Notes under the pieces: generated by a model
Seen by the model: only the letters and a program-made list of their open reading frames with translations
Told to the model about the DNA's origin: nothing
Database searches by the model: none
Position numbers and translations under genes: made by a program
In this document: one piece after another, positions 26,621 through 39,572 of the stretch
Layout: every line of letters begins with the position of its first letter
How positions within the stretch are numbered: position 1 is the stretch's first letter
Source: Bugula neritina
Taxonomy: Eukaryota; Animalia; Bryozoa
DNA: 46,232 bases
Direction: 5' to 3'
Assembly: GCA_964035545.1 (NCBI GenBank)
Contig: CAXIUT010000137.1
Location: 1 to 46,232 of the forward strand

Positions 26621-28180
26621 ATGTCATAAACTCATAACTTTATCGAAGTTACCAGATTATCAACTAACAGCATCGGATCACCTTCACACTACAAACCATC
26701 CAAAGAACTACTCCTCTAGAATCACAAACTCAAAAAACAAAATTAAGTCTTAAAAAAATAACTAAACTCATTTTCTGAAAGACTTGATATCTAGATAAGA
26801 AAAAAAATAAATACAAAAAAATAACCAAGTAAACCTTAGGAAGTAAATAAGATGTAGCTTCAAAATGCATATAAGCAATGCTAGATATATAAGAAATAGG
26901 CCAGTATTTATAAGAAAAAGTTGGAATCATTGTCAAATGAGTCATCAGAGCAGCAGAAGTATGTTAATAAATAATTATAAAAAGAGAATAGAAGTATTAA
27001 AGAAGAGTTAAAATATTATATTAAAGTTAATAAGCAGCAAGAACAGGGCTTATAGGAATTAGGTATTTAAGGTTATACATCAGTTTATAAATAAAATAAA
27101 TCATTGCATTAGTAGGTTAAAAAATTAAGTAAGCAATTTGATATTTATCGAAGAAAAATTGTTAAAACTGAATATAGTTAAAATAGTACAATCAAAGGAT
27201 AATAAAATAATATTAGAAGTCAAAAAAATGTTATTAATAAGACAGTAAAAGATGATAGGAGAATAATGAAGGACAGCTACAGTTCATCAAAAGTAAAAGC
27301 ATAGGTATAAAATAAATATTCAATAAGAAATCGGATAAAAACTCAAACTAATTAAAATAATTAAGAATAAGTTAAAAAATTAAAATAAAAAGCAAATAAA
27401 GATGATATTAAATTAAAAATAGTTACTACTGAAAGAGATCGACTTAAATAATAAATTAAACAGTGTAGAGAAGAATTAGTAATTAAAAATAAAGAAATAT
27501 CACTTCTTAAAGATAAAATAAATAGTATAAATAAAAGTAGTTAAAGTAAACAAGTATAAATTAAAAATTAAATTAAAAATAAAACAAAAAAAAATTAATT
27601 ATTGATCAAAAAATAACCTAAGATATAAAAAATAGTTACTAAATAAACATAAAAATAACCCTAAATAATAAAAAACCAATAAAAGCCAAGAATTTGGATC
27701 TCCAATGATAGCTAGCAACTTCAAAACCCTATCTCAATAAAAAGATACCCAATTCACTAACAATCTTATCCTCCTAGTTCTAATCTAACAAAATGGAGTG
27801 ATCAACCTTTCTCCAGCAAAATAAAATAACTTCATATCAAAACTCATCAAAACGGACATATAAAACACATTCACACCAAATACTAAAAAGGATAACCTAA
27901 ATTTTATCAAACAGATCATTACTAATCGATAGTTTGCAGCTAAAATTAACATATTAATCATCTTTCGGGTTGTTTCAGTGATGGCTACCTGCAGTGTTTG
28001 ACCGTTATCACGTCTAGTAAAAGAATGCAGGCTTTTGGAAATATTGATCTCATAGAAATAAATCAAGATTGCTAGAAATTTTAATTTAGTCTAGATCATA
28101 CCAATATACCAGGCGCTCTCTTTGGGGAAAATGATGACCAAGGAATCAGACAACTGGGATACCTAACCGTCAAACAGTGA
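26621..28180 (+). CDS. Coiled-coil protein with a C-terminal jacalin-like (beta-prism) domain (519 aa)
   Basis: Long K/E coiled coil, then IKELHIKT..GHIKHIHTKY..ENEHINHLSG..LQCLTVITS..FG..GIRQLG; the domain call is by pattern only. Confidence 0.65.
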
Positions 28181-28223
28181 TATTGTGTTATTTTATTTAT
28201 TAATGTAGAAACTATAAATTTGA

Positions 28224-29537
28224 TCAATCATAATCAGCTCCAAACTAGTTAACTCCAATATCTATTTCAGTGGCATATTGGAATTCATCTTGATTGATTG
28301 GACTATTTTCCTAAACAAATTATCCAGCTTCTTATTTGTTTGACTAGAAACCTCCAAACATAGCAATAGTTGACATATCCATAAATAGCATCATTCCCAT
28401 CAAGCCCATCCCTCCGAAACTCATCTAATTGTAGTTTCCCTGGGTATTATATTCTCTACTAACGACTTCTCTTGGAAGGTTAGAATGATCAAAAGATAAG
28501 GGACTTGACATCGACATGCCTTAGTATTTAATCCAGTCAAAATTGCTAAAAAAAGGATGAGATTTTATCTGGTTAATTGAACTAACTCCTATTCTTTACT
28601 CAGGTTTAAACAGTAAAAGTCGGTTGACTAGATCAGCCAATTAGACAGATATTCCAGCAACCATAAAGGACTTTTACCTGAAAATAGAATAATTTATGAA
28701 ACTACCTTTACATAGATAATGTATGAGCACTCCCAGTGCCCAGAAGTCAGTGGCTCTGGAAACGGTTTGCCCTCTAAACTACTATGGTGAAGTAAAGTGA
28801 CAGGCGGCAGGTGCAGCATCTCCGTAACCTTCGGGATGCAATCTAGACAAATTGGTTAAAATAGGATACCCATTTTAAAGAATTACTATGTTATCGAAAT
28901 TGACTCCTCGGTATACTATACCCAACGAATGTAACTTCTAAAGAGCTAATATTATGCCAGCAATAACAAATCTGATATTATTTTAAAGATCTTTTTTGAA
29001 ATATTAGACATATTATGTTTGGAATTAGCCTTTACCTAAATTTTAAGCAAAAGAAGTCAAATTTTAATAATTTTTTAATCCAAAAAATAGATAAAGATAA
29101 TTTTAATCCTAATAGCTATGTAAGCAACTTTATATGAAATGGTATTTAAGATATTTTGTGAGTAGATATTAAATAGAAATATTTCTTTTTTGTCCAAATG
29201 TTTATATTTTTGATTTTTATATCTTTTTCAGCACACACTCATTTTACCTATCATTCGAATCCACCAAACTGGCATTATAATTTTGACTTATTCCCTCAAA
29301 AGATATCATAAAATGGGTGTAATATCCTTTATATTTATTCTAAGATTACTAATAACTGTGTTATTTGATGTATTTGATCGCAAGAGGAAAATCATTGATC
29401 AGTAATTTTTGCATTTCAAGTCTGCTATCTATTGAAGATTTCCTCTTATGTGTAGTTTTGGTTGCAGAAGTGTGTCCAACTGGTCTTATGACTTCTCTGG
29501 GTCTAGGTTCATCGTCCTAGCAACATATATTTCCCAT
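28224..29537 (-). CDS. AGC-like pseudokinase, predicted myristoylated/palmitoylated (437 aa)
   Basis: MGNICC; VLKKI, YEDENYLY, LHSLGIVYRGVNFDN (no catalytic Asp), NLS in place of DFG, DFWALG, IKSHPFFSNFDW. Confidence 0.85.
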
Positions 29538-29660
29538 CTATTTTTTGTATTATTATATGATATTATATAACACTCATAAACTACAGATAAATACCGATCT
29601 AAGAGTTATTTGAGAGAATAATTACTAAATTAATCAAGTAGAATAAGATATTAAATAAAG

Positions 29661-31167
29661 ATGGTATTAATCAATTGTGCTCCTGATGGCGGTTGTCCAT
29701 ACGAGTACTATTGTTCAAGTTCTAACTAGTGCATGCATAATCCTGTCTTCCCGATCAGCGGATTCCCTATCTTCATCTACTGTCTTTTCCCGTTCGGAAG
29801 TGCAGTTGTCAATACCAGTGGCAATTCCTTTGGTGAATGGAAAGTATTGCTAGTGATGGACGCTTTGAACTATTCGGAATAGGAAGCTACGATTATATGT
29901 TATCCTTTGGTTCTTGGTACAGCTCTGTATAACTTTATTAGATTGATATTTCAACGCCATCCATCCAAAAATACCAGTTTAGTCGATTACAACATAGTAT
30001 CTATAATCATACCTAATGTGTTATATGGGTCGACTATAGGAGCAGTTATCAATACTCTTATACCTCCTATCGTAGCAGATGTACTTATTATAGCTCTCTA
30101 TACTCTTTTTGCTATCAAGTTTATAAGAAAACTTAGAACTCTTATTAAACAAAAAAAATAAGAGGATATTAAAAAATTAACTCTTGAGTTAGGAGAAAAA
30201 GGATAAAGTCAGGTAAGTTAAAATAAATAAAAATAAAAGTAGTCATAAAAATAAGTAAAAATAGAGGATAATATCTAACCTCAAAATAATAGCAAATAGC
30301 CTCTGATATCTAATAACTAGAAATAGAAATCATAGCCACAAGAACCAAAATAAACTAAAGGTAAATCAGATTACTAACCTCCTAGATCTCTCTTATCTTC
30401 AGGAAATCCCTCAAACATATCTAATATGCTAGCAAAACCATAAATTAATGAGGAACTATAGGCTCAAAATCAATACTAATCAACTTATCATCTTAAACAT
30501 ATTGCTTTCGTAGCTATTCTATTTATTTTCTTCTAAGTGGCAGCCTTTCTTTCCCAAGGAAAATTTGTTCAATTCTAAAAATGTTCTAAATACTTCGCTA
30601 TAGGTATAAGTCTTCTAACTCTGCTCTATATTGGTGTTTTAACCGGTATGTTTCTCTACACTAAAAAGCAAATGGCCTTCTACAAAAGAATCGGGTTCTA
30701 GTATGAATATCCACTTGACAAATTCAAATACTTTGTCATGATATCAATTGGATCATTTATTGGTGGATTCAATGGAGGAGTCTTTGCCTTGGGAAACAGT
30801 ACTACTATTATCTTTACTCTTGTATACTTATAAGTCGAACCTATTGTAGTCAGTGCATGTGTAGGTTTTCAGGTCGTATTTACAGCAGCTGCAGCTATAT
30901 GTTAGGCTATCATTTAGGACACTTTATCTTTGGAGATAATAGGTTTCTTTTTCGGGATAACTTTAGTCGGAGGAGGATTACTTTCCTTTTTATCTGGACA
31001 ATTTATAAAAAGATTCGATCGTACAAAAGTCAACCAAATTTTAGTCACTGTCATGGCTTGTCTCACCTGCAGCAGCATCATTGCTCTTACTGTCAGCATT
31101 GCCATTGGCTATACTCAATTTGGAGCAGAATATATGCATTAATCGGATGGTTTTTTGTTCGAAATGA
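29661..31167 (+). CDS. TauE/SafE (TSUP) family transporter, copy 1
   Basis: Cys-rich N-terminus, RHPSKNTSLVDYNIVSIIIPNVLYGSTIG, GGFNGGVFALG; end at 31167 assumes T5 rather than T6 at 31151-31156 (as read it runs on into copy 2). Confidence 0.85.
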
Positions 31168-31191
31168 TATAAAATGTATTCCATATAATTT

Positions 31192-31246
31192 ATTTATCTA
31201 ATAATAATAGATTTATCTAATAATAATAGATTTATCTAATAATAAT
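31192..31246. repeat. Tandem 19-bp repeat x3 (ATTTATCTAATAATAATAG)
   Basis: Units at 31192-31210, 31211-31229 and 31230-31246; the last unit supplies the ATG of TauE copy 2. Confidence 0.9.
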
Positions 31247-32567
31247 GGTCAATCTCTAATGCCAAATCGATTCTGATTGTCCCTATCAGTACTTTTGTTC
31301 ATAGGGTTCATGTCTACATACATAGATATTTCCTATTAATGGATATTAAATCATTCTTTATTGTTTTTTTCCGATAGCTAGTGCTATCTGTAACACATCA
31401 GGTAATTCTTTCGGATAGTTCAAAGTATTATTCCTTATGAATATATTAAACTACTCATAGTCATAGGCTACAAAGTTATGTTATTCTTTGATTTTAGGGA
31501 CAGCTCTTTACAATGTGATATATCTTGTTTTTAGAAGACACCCATAAAAGAAAACTACTCTAGTTGACTATAATATCATTTGTATTATTATTCCTAATGT
31601 GCTATATGGATCTACTATTGGTGCATTTGTTAATAATTTTATACCACCAGTAATCGCTGATTGTTTAGTAGCTCTATTGCTTGGACTATTTTGTATCAAA
31701 TTTATTTTCAAATTAAAAAAAATACTTAAAGAGTAAAAATAAACAAAAAACAACAAATAAATCAGTCAAAAAGATCACTCAAGCAATTTAATTAAATAGT
31801 CATTAATTTCAATATAATAACATTAACAAAAAGTATAAAATAAAAATTAGTATCAAGAGTAATTAGACAAACAACTAAAATACTAATAAGGTCATCATGT
31901 ACCTCATATAGTAGGTATTCTTTTACTCTTTGTTGGTTTTTAGTTATGTGCTTTTCTGGCGCAGGGTAAAATTATTTCTTTTAGCTTTTGTTCGATATAT
32001 TATGCGATTGGTGTTGGTAGTCTAACTCTTCTTTATGTTGTTGTTCTAATAGCTGTCTATCGATATACTAAAAATACCATCAACTATTATAATAAAATTA
32101 AATATGCTTATTAGTATCCTCTTAGTGATCCTAAATATTTTGCATTGATATGTCTTGGGTCATTTTGCGGAGGATTTAACGGAGGAGTCTTTGCGATTGG
32201 CAACAGTACAACCATTATCTTCACATTGCTCTATCTATAAGTCTAGGCTATTATAGTTAGTGCCACTGTAGGTTTTCAAGTTGTTTTTGCTGCAGCTGCA
32301 TCTCTATGTCAAACTTTGGCCAAAGGAGGTCTTTAGCTCTAAGTGGTTGCCTTTTTCTTCGGAATTACCTTTATCGGTGGCGGTATTTTATCTTTTATTG
32401 CTAGCAGAATAGTAAGTCGTTTGAATCGTACAAAAGTCAATATAGTTTTAGTCTCAATCGTGTTTGGTTTGACTGGTACAAGTTCTTTAATGATTCTTGT
32501 AAGTTTGGTTCTTGGATATCTCAATTTCGGAGCATAATATATGATGTCAGTTGATGGTATATGCTGA
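31245..32567 (+). CDS. TauE/SafE family transporter, copy 2 (440 aa, shortest loop)
   Basis: Collinear paralog ending DGIC*; no introns. Confidence 0.87.
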
Positions 32568-32602
32568 TTTATATATATTTTTTGCATATTATTAATCTAT
32601 TA

Positions 32603-34057
32603 ATGGTTACTATTGATTGCGCGCCTGATGGTTCTTGTCCGTATTAGTATTTCTGCTCTCAAGATGGACAGTGCTAGCATAATCCTGTCTTTCCATTAAG
32701 TGGATACCCAATAATTATCTATTTGCTCTTTCCCTTTGGAAGTTCATTAGTTAATATCTCTGGTAATTCTTTTGGATAGTGGAAAGTACTTCTTATCATG
32801 GATGCTTTGAATTATTCCTAATCAGCGGCTACAGTTCTCTGCTATCCTCTAACTTTGGGAACAGCTCTTTATAACTTTATATTTCTCATTTTTAGGAGGC
32901 ATCCATCAAAAGATACAAGTTTAGTTGATTACAATATTGTATCTATAATTATACCTAACGTTCTGTATGGGTCGATGGTTGGAGCACTCGTTAATAACTT
33001 CATACCACCTATTATCGCTGATAGTCTGATTGTTGCTCTTTTGGTTGCTTTTAGTGTTAAATTCTATTTTAAGATGAAAAAACTTCAAAATTAAGCACAA
33101 TAAGAACAAAAAGCGACTCTTTAATTGGCTAAAGTACCAGAATAAGATAAAAATAATGCAAATATTATATCTGATGATAACTTAAGTCATAAAAAACCTC
33201 TTCTTGAAGATAATTCATCATAAAAAGTATAAGAAAAATAATAATAAAAAGATTCTTCAGAAAGAGATAGAGGAATATCGAATTAAGTTCGCATTACTTC
33301 TTATATACCAAGTGAGAAATCTGAATACTATTCCCAAATAGTCCATCCAGAACTGGGATAGCAACTGGAATATGAAAAAGGATATCATTTTCTTCATATC
33401 ATTTTCGTTATTATACTCTTTGCAGTCTTCTAAATTTGTTCTTTCTTGGCTCAAGGAAAAATCATTAAATTTGATTTTTGTACCAAATACTATCCGATTG
33501 GAGTGGGTTGTCTGACAGTTCTGTACTTAGTTTTTCTATTTCTGATGTATTTTTATACAAAGAAAAAATTATCTTACTATCGTTAAATAGGTTTTTAATA
33601 TGAGTATCCTCTAGACAAAATTAAATATTTTAGTATTATATGTTTTGGAGCATTTATGGGTGGTTTCAACGGAGGAGTCTTTGCTCTTGGAAATAGCACT
33701 ACTATCATTTTTACTTTGCTTTATCTTTAAGTAGAAGCTATAGTTGCGACAGCCATTGTTGGATTTCAAGTAGTTTTCTCGGCTGCTGCTTCTATAGGTC
33801 AAGCTATAGTCCAAGGTACCCTTCTATGGTCAGTAATAGGGTTCTTTTTTGGATTGACTTTTATAGGTGGTGGGCTTTTGTCTTATCTAGCTCAATATTT
33901 GATTCGAAAATTAGATAGAGCTCGAGTAAACATTATATTAGTTGGAATAGTAGCAGGTTTGACCTTTGTCAGTGCTATTTCGATGGTTATCAACATCATA
34001 ATAGGCTATTAGGTCTTTGGAGCAGCTTATATGATAGAAATAGATGACTTTTGTTGA
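32603..34057 (+). CDS. TauE/SafE family transporter, copy 3 (484 aa)
   Basis: Collinear paralog ending DDFC*. Confidence 0.87.
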
Positions 34058-34272
34058 TTAGATTAATCGCTTTTTAATATATTTTTTCTTGTTATTAAAA
34101 TAATCAAATTCTTTGATGATAAAAAGATATATCAATATTTGTAAAAAATATTCCGAAATGTCTTTAGTAGGATTAATAAAAAAGTTCCTTGACTTTCCTC
34201 ATTTGACATTCCATTCATGAATCCTACTAATGAGGATATAAGTTATTATATTTGTTAGATAATAAGATACAA

Positions 34273-35748
34273 ATGGTCACCATCGATTGTGCACCTGACG
34301 GGAGTTGCCCTTATTAGTATTTCTGCTATCAGGATGGACAATGCCATCACAACCCAGTCTTTCCATTAAGTGGATTCCCTATCTTCATCTACATATTCTT
34401 CCCCTTTGGAAGCTCATTGGTCAATGTCTCAGGTAACTCCTTTGGATCATGGAAAGTCTTGCTTCTAATGGATGCCTTGAACTATTCATAATCAGCAGCT
34501 ACGATTCTTTGTTACCCTCTGACTTTGGGAACAGCTCTATATAACTTCATATTTCTTATTTTCAAAAGACATCCTTCAAAAGATACGAGCATAGTGGACT
34601 ATAGTATCGTATCCATCATTATCCCTAACGTTCTCTATGGTTCAATGATTGGAGCATTAATTAATAACTTCATGCCTCCAATAGTTGCGGATAGCCTCAT
34701 TACTGCTCTTCTTATTTTTTTCTGTGTTAAGTTTTTCAATAAGATAAAAAAACTCTTTAACGATGCAAAAGAACAAAAAGCAACTCTTTAAATGGCTAAA
34801 GTACCAGAATAAAATAAAAATGATGCAAATATCATATCTGATGATAATTTGAGTAATAAAAAACCTCTTCTTGAAGATAATTAATAAGAAAAAATAGAAT
34901 AAAAAGTAGAAGAAAAAGCAGAAGAATAAATAGAGAAAAAAGATTCTTCAGAAAGAGATAGAGGAATATCTAACTAAGTACGTATAACATCGTTTATTCC
35001 AAGTGTAAAATCTGAATACTATTCCCAAATAGTTCATCCAGAACTTGGACAACAAATCTAATACGAAAAAGGGTATCACTTTAAGGACATTATTTTTATT
35101 ATAATTCTTTTTGTTGTATTTGAATTATGTTCTTTCTTAGCTCAAGGTAAAATAATTAAATTTGATTTTTGCACCAAATACTATGTCATAGGAGTCAGCT
35201 GCCTCACAGTACTCTATTTTGCCTTTCTTTTCTTGATGTATTACTACACAAAGAAAAGGATGTCATATTTTCGGTAAATAGGTTTTGATTATGAATATCC
35301 TCTTGATAAAATCAAATATTTTGGTATTATTTGTATTGGTGCTTTTAGTGGAGGTTTCAATGGAGGTATCTTTGCTATTGGCAACAGCACCACCATTATC
35401 TTCACTTTACTCTATCTCTAAATATAACCTATAGTTGTAACGGCAATCGTTGGATTTCAAGTAGTTTTCTCTGCAGCTGCTTCTCTTTGTTAAGCCATCG
35501 TTCAAGGAACCATATCATGGCCAGTAATTGCTCTTTTCTTTGGGTTGACATTTGTAGCAGGAGGTATTTTGTCGTATTTGACTCAATACTTGATAAATAA
35601 GTTGGATCGAGCCAAAGTTAATATGATATTAGTGGGGATAGTGGCAGGTTTGACCTTTATTAGTGCTATATCGATGGTAATAAATATAGGATTAGGATAT
35701 TATATGTTTGGAGCTGCTTACATGATTGCAATAGATGACATTTGTTGA
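34273..35748 (+). CDS. TauE/SafE family transporter, copy 4 (491 aa)
   Basis: Collinear paralog ending DDIC*; closest to copy 3. Confidence 0.87.
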
Positions 35749-35913
35749 ATGATTTTTGACCTTGTTAATAAAATAGATTTTTATTTATTATGTCTAAAAA
35801 CTAAAGTTTATTAATCATTTATTGATGAATTTTCTCATCAATTTTTTCACTATGATTAACAATTATTGATATATTAGTATATTATTAAATAGAGTTTTTA
35901 TAGAAGAATCTTA

Positions 35914-36867
35914 ATGGAGAACGACTATTAATCTAAAATATTAAGCACTACTAAGAAAGGTACATCCAATTTTATCTAGAAAAGATCTTTAATGTCCGTA
36001 AACTCCCGTACAAACAGTTCGATAACCAAAAATGTATCCCTCAATTTATTTAGATCTCAAATAAAATCAATCTCCTCTCCGCTCAGAGCATCCTTGTTAA
36101 GAACAGGTTTTCAAAAGTAATAACTTGAGATCTACTACAAGTACAATCTTCATAATTAGATTTATTTAATCAAAAGAACATGGAATATCAATATCAATTA
36201 ACTCTAACTTCATCAACTCCCTACAAAGAACTTCAAAATAAATATAGAGAACTTAAAGAAAAACATCTTAAATAAAAAGAAGAAAAGCTTAATGTACTTT
36301 TTTTGAGATTTAGATTCTAAAAGAAAAAGAATGCTAGCTTGAGAAATACATAAAAGAAAGAAAAAAGATAGAATAGTAGCAAATAAAGTTAATGAAAAGA
36401 AAAGATTAATTATGCTATTATATCTAAAAGTTAAGAGAAAGAAGAAATATTCAAGAAAATCAATAATAAAATGGAAGTATATATAATTTTAGTTAGATTA
36501 ATAATATCATGTGGCTAATATCGAACAGCTAAGAACAATGATGATGGGTCTACACTACCAAGGAGGAGTAGATATCGACCCAGACAATATGACTTATGAA
36601 GAACTACTACAGTTAGAATAAAAAATGGGAAAAGTGTCAAAAGGAATATCATAATAACAAATGAATAAGTTATAAAAGATCTCTGCTAGCAAATAACATG
36701 AGTAATAAGTCTGTTCTATTTGTTACTAGAACGTGAAAAAAGACTAACAGATATACTCTCTGCAGTGCAAACATATTTACCACTGTTAGTGTATCAAAGA
36801 ATGGTTACTAAAGTAAAAAGTATGTCCCATGTGTAAGCAAGAAATTACAGTTAACAGATAAAAGTGA
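35914..36867 (+). CDS. RING-H2 E3 ubiquitin ligase (284 aa)
   Basis: DPDNMTYEELLQLEEKMGKVSKG, CSICY..CKHIYHCECIKEWL..CPMCK; introns 35960-35979, 36034-36053, 36141-36159 (19), 36294-36313, 36477-36496. Confidence 0.9.
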
Positions 36868-37828
36868 TTTCTTTATCTAATTACTTCTATAGTATTCTTT
36901 AATTATTCTAAATAGATGAAAAACTGCTTAATAGTGCAAAGTTGTAAGGCTAGTTATTATTTCTTCAGCTTATTTTCCAGTTTTATGGTATGAATATCTT
37001 GCCTCTGATTGTTTTAAGGTCTTGAGTTATCAATTTTTGATTAATTTTCAAAAAGATCAATATTCGAGTTATTGGTTGGATATTTTTCTGTTTAATAGAA
37101 AGTATTAACTTGTAAAATGTAAATATCATAATTAAAAAGTTAGTTTATAGTTTGATTTTGATGTTCGATGCATTGAAAATGGGATATTGAGATCTCCATC
37201 TTTATTTTTTTTGATAAAGAACAAACTAAAGTTAGTTTTAATGATTCAAAAAGCTCAGAGTTATCTTTTTTTCTCAATTTTATTTAACTATTCTCTCTGA
37301 TTAGTTCTTTATTTTGAGCTTCGTTTCTTTTAAAAGTAATTTGAAAGCGATTTTTTTCATTCCTTTGATAGGATTTTGGTCATTAGTATCTTAAGAGAAT
37401 AAATTTCTGTTAGAATTGTTTAATGGCTGCTTTATTTAAATTGATTTTTTAAATATTTGATGATAAATTGATAAGTAGATTTAAAATTTTGATACTCTAA
37501 CATTTTTGTGCTTTTTGGGGTTTGTTATTCTATTTTTTATGTTTTTTAGCTTATTTTAAGATAAAAAATGTCTTGTTCCTGAAAAATCAAAAAAAGCTTT
37601 GCCTAGTTCTCAAATAAAACTCAAAAAATAATAAATAAAAAGCTTCATTTGTTAGAACTTCTAAACAAGAGAGTAAACATTCTAGTAGAACATTTCTTAT
37701 TTGTCTTTCGATTTTATCAAGGAAGAAATAGAATTATTGCAAGTCAGTTTTTATTAATAACCTAGAGTAAAAAACTAAATCGATTAGGACATGTACAATC
37801 ATAATAAATATATTATATCATTGTAGAT

Positions 37829-38179
37829 ATGGTGGAGATATAACTCAGAAGTCAATTTCCAATAGTTAAACCTCCTCCTCCTCCATTTTTTAGAAAACAG
37901 GGTCTTTAAAAACTCCCATTATCTCTTGAGTAGCAAGCTAGAAGTCCTCCAACTGATCAGCTTCATTCACCATAGGTAAGGACACTCTTTCTTATTGTCT
38001 AAGAGAGTTTTAATCATTTTGAGACTCTTGAGTTGAAAGCCATTCCAAAAATTGTTGATAGGACTCATAGGTTTCAAATGCATAGAAAACATTGGTTTTC
38101 TGACAAAGGAAACCATAGACTTGATTGTCAGGGTTTGGGATATTAGAGTTTTAGTTTGACATCACAAGGGCTTTTTTGA
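37829..38179 (+). CDS. Hypothetical Pro-rich protein (116 aa)
   Basis: MVEIELRSQFPIVKPPPPPFF...QGLF*. Confidence 0.55.
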
Positions 38180-38500
38180 ATAAAATTAATTTATAATCAC
38201 CAATGATTTAAGCCAGATAAATAGTATTGAGAATAAACTTTTCTATTCTACTTTGTCCAAAATCTTTATTGAAGATAAACCTAAGCAACTAATCATATTC
38301 TTATTAACAATGACCCTCTGAACCTCCTTGTTTTGCTTCTTTCATCTTTTAATGTTGAGTTTTTTCTTTAAAGCGAAAGTTTTATTTATAAATTTAGAAT
38401 TTCCTACAAGATCATTTTCAAATACTTAATGTTTATCGTATTTTGAATTCACAGAACAAAAATTTATTATTTTTTCTTTCTGCTTTTTACAACTACTCAT

Positions 38501-38735
38501 ATGATACGGTTTGGTATTATCAAGCTTTTTTTATAAAAATAAGCTAATTATCATATAACTCCAGTTCTTGACTAAGTTTATTATCTGGAGTTTTAGAAAA
38601 AACAGGTTTTTTTACAATTGATTATGGATGATTATGATAAAAAAGTCAAAGAAAATCAACTTAGAAACGAAATATAGATCTTTTTAAAGCTAAATATAAA
38701 GAAAATAATTAAAATATGTAAGAGCTAACAAAGAT
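38501..38735 (+). CDS. Possible short ORF (about 78 aa); gene model unresolved
   Basis: MIRFGIIKLF...KSEQR*; competing frames exist on both strands in 38180-38830. Confidence 0.25.
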
Positions 38736-38831
38736 GAGTTTAAGAGTTAAGTGATTTTTTAAAAATGGTCCTAATCAAAAAGATAGAAAGAATTAATAAG
38801 GAGTTGAGTATAAAACAAAATGATAGACAAA

Positions 38832-39572
38832 TCAGAGGTTACTTTTTTCAAGAAGCGAACCTTACAAAAGCTTCATAGATGAATCTAAATAACAGTCGAT
38901 AAACTCATCTTGATTCTTATTTCCTTAGAGTATTTCCTGGATTCTCTTACCAGCAGCCTAGCTAAATCTGGTTGATATTTTTCCTTTCTTTAATTCTTAC
39001 TCCACAAAATATTGAATATAGGCAGTCAACCTATCTTTCCTTAAGATGTTGCGTTTAAACAAGTGAGATTTCAAACTCTCATTTCTCATTTTGAACAAAA
39101 CATCAGTCCTGAGTTCCTCCATAGCATTGAGATATTCATAACTTCCAAATCTAGTCAGAATATCACCAAAACCAACTCTCAAAATTATTTTTTTATCCAA
39201 ATTTTTATCAAACATAGCCTTGAGGATCTCCTTGTTTGGTTTTTTGGTCTTCTAGAAAATTTTCCAAGTTGCAGAAATGATTTCTCTGGAGTTGAAACTA
39301 CATCCAATATCATCAACACTTTTTCCAACCATCTGCCTTAGAGTAATGATCAGCTGTTTAACCATATTATGGTTTTCAGAGGAAGAAGAACCACTCTTCT
39401 TGCTTCCCTTTGAGTCAATTGTCTCAAATGAGCTGACTTCTTCATCCATTTTCAAATGAATTTCCTCTTCATAGTAAATTTATTTGGAAAGAGATATTTC
39501 AGGTTCAGATTCTTAAGGATCGAGGCTAGATCCTGAAACTGCAAAGAAGTCGATAGGAGCGAATTACATCAT
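38832..39572 (-). CDS. Hypothetical protein (246 aa)
   Basis: Two track ORFs join in table 30: MMEFAPIDF...KSNL*. Confidence 0.7.

Noticed and set aside
29661-35748. A few TauE columns where TAR aligns with CAR, hinting at Gln or ambiguous decoding
   Set aside because: Explained by C/T transitions giving conservative E/Q changes; the invariant Gln sites checked elsewhere do not use TAR.
36870-38830. Possible TGA = Trp readthrough (Blastocrithidia-like code) in frames such as QR*VEEL and RYE*PKS
   Set aside because: Conserved Trp positions in the recognisable genes use TGG and those genes end at TGA; AT-rich frames with a single stop codon look protein-like by chance.
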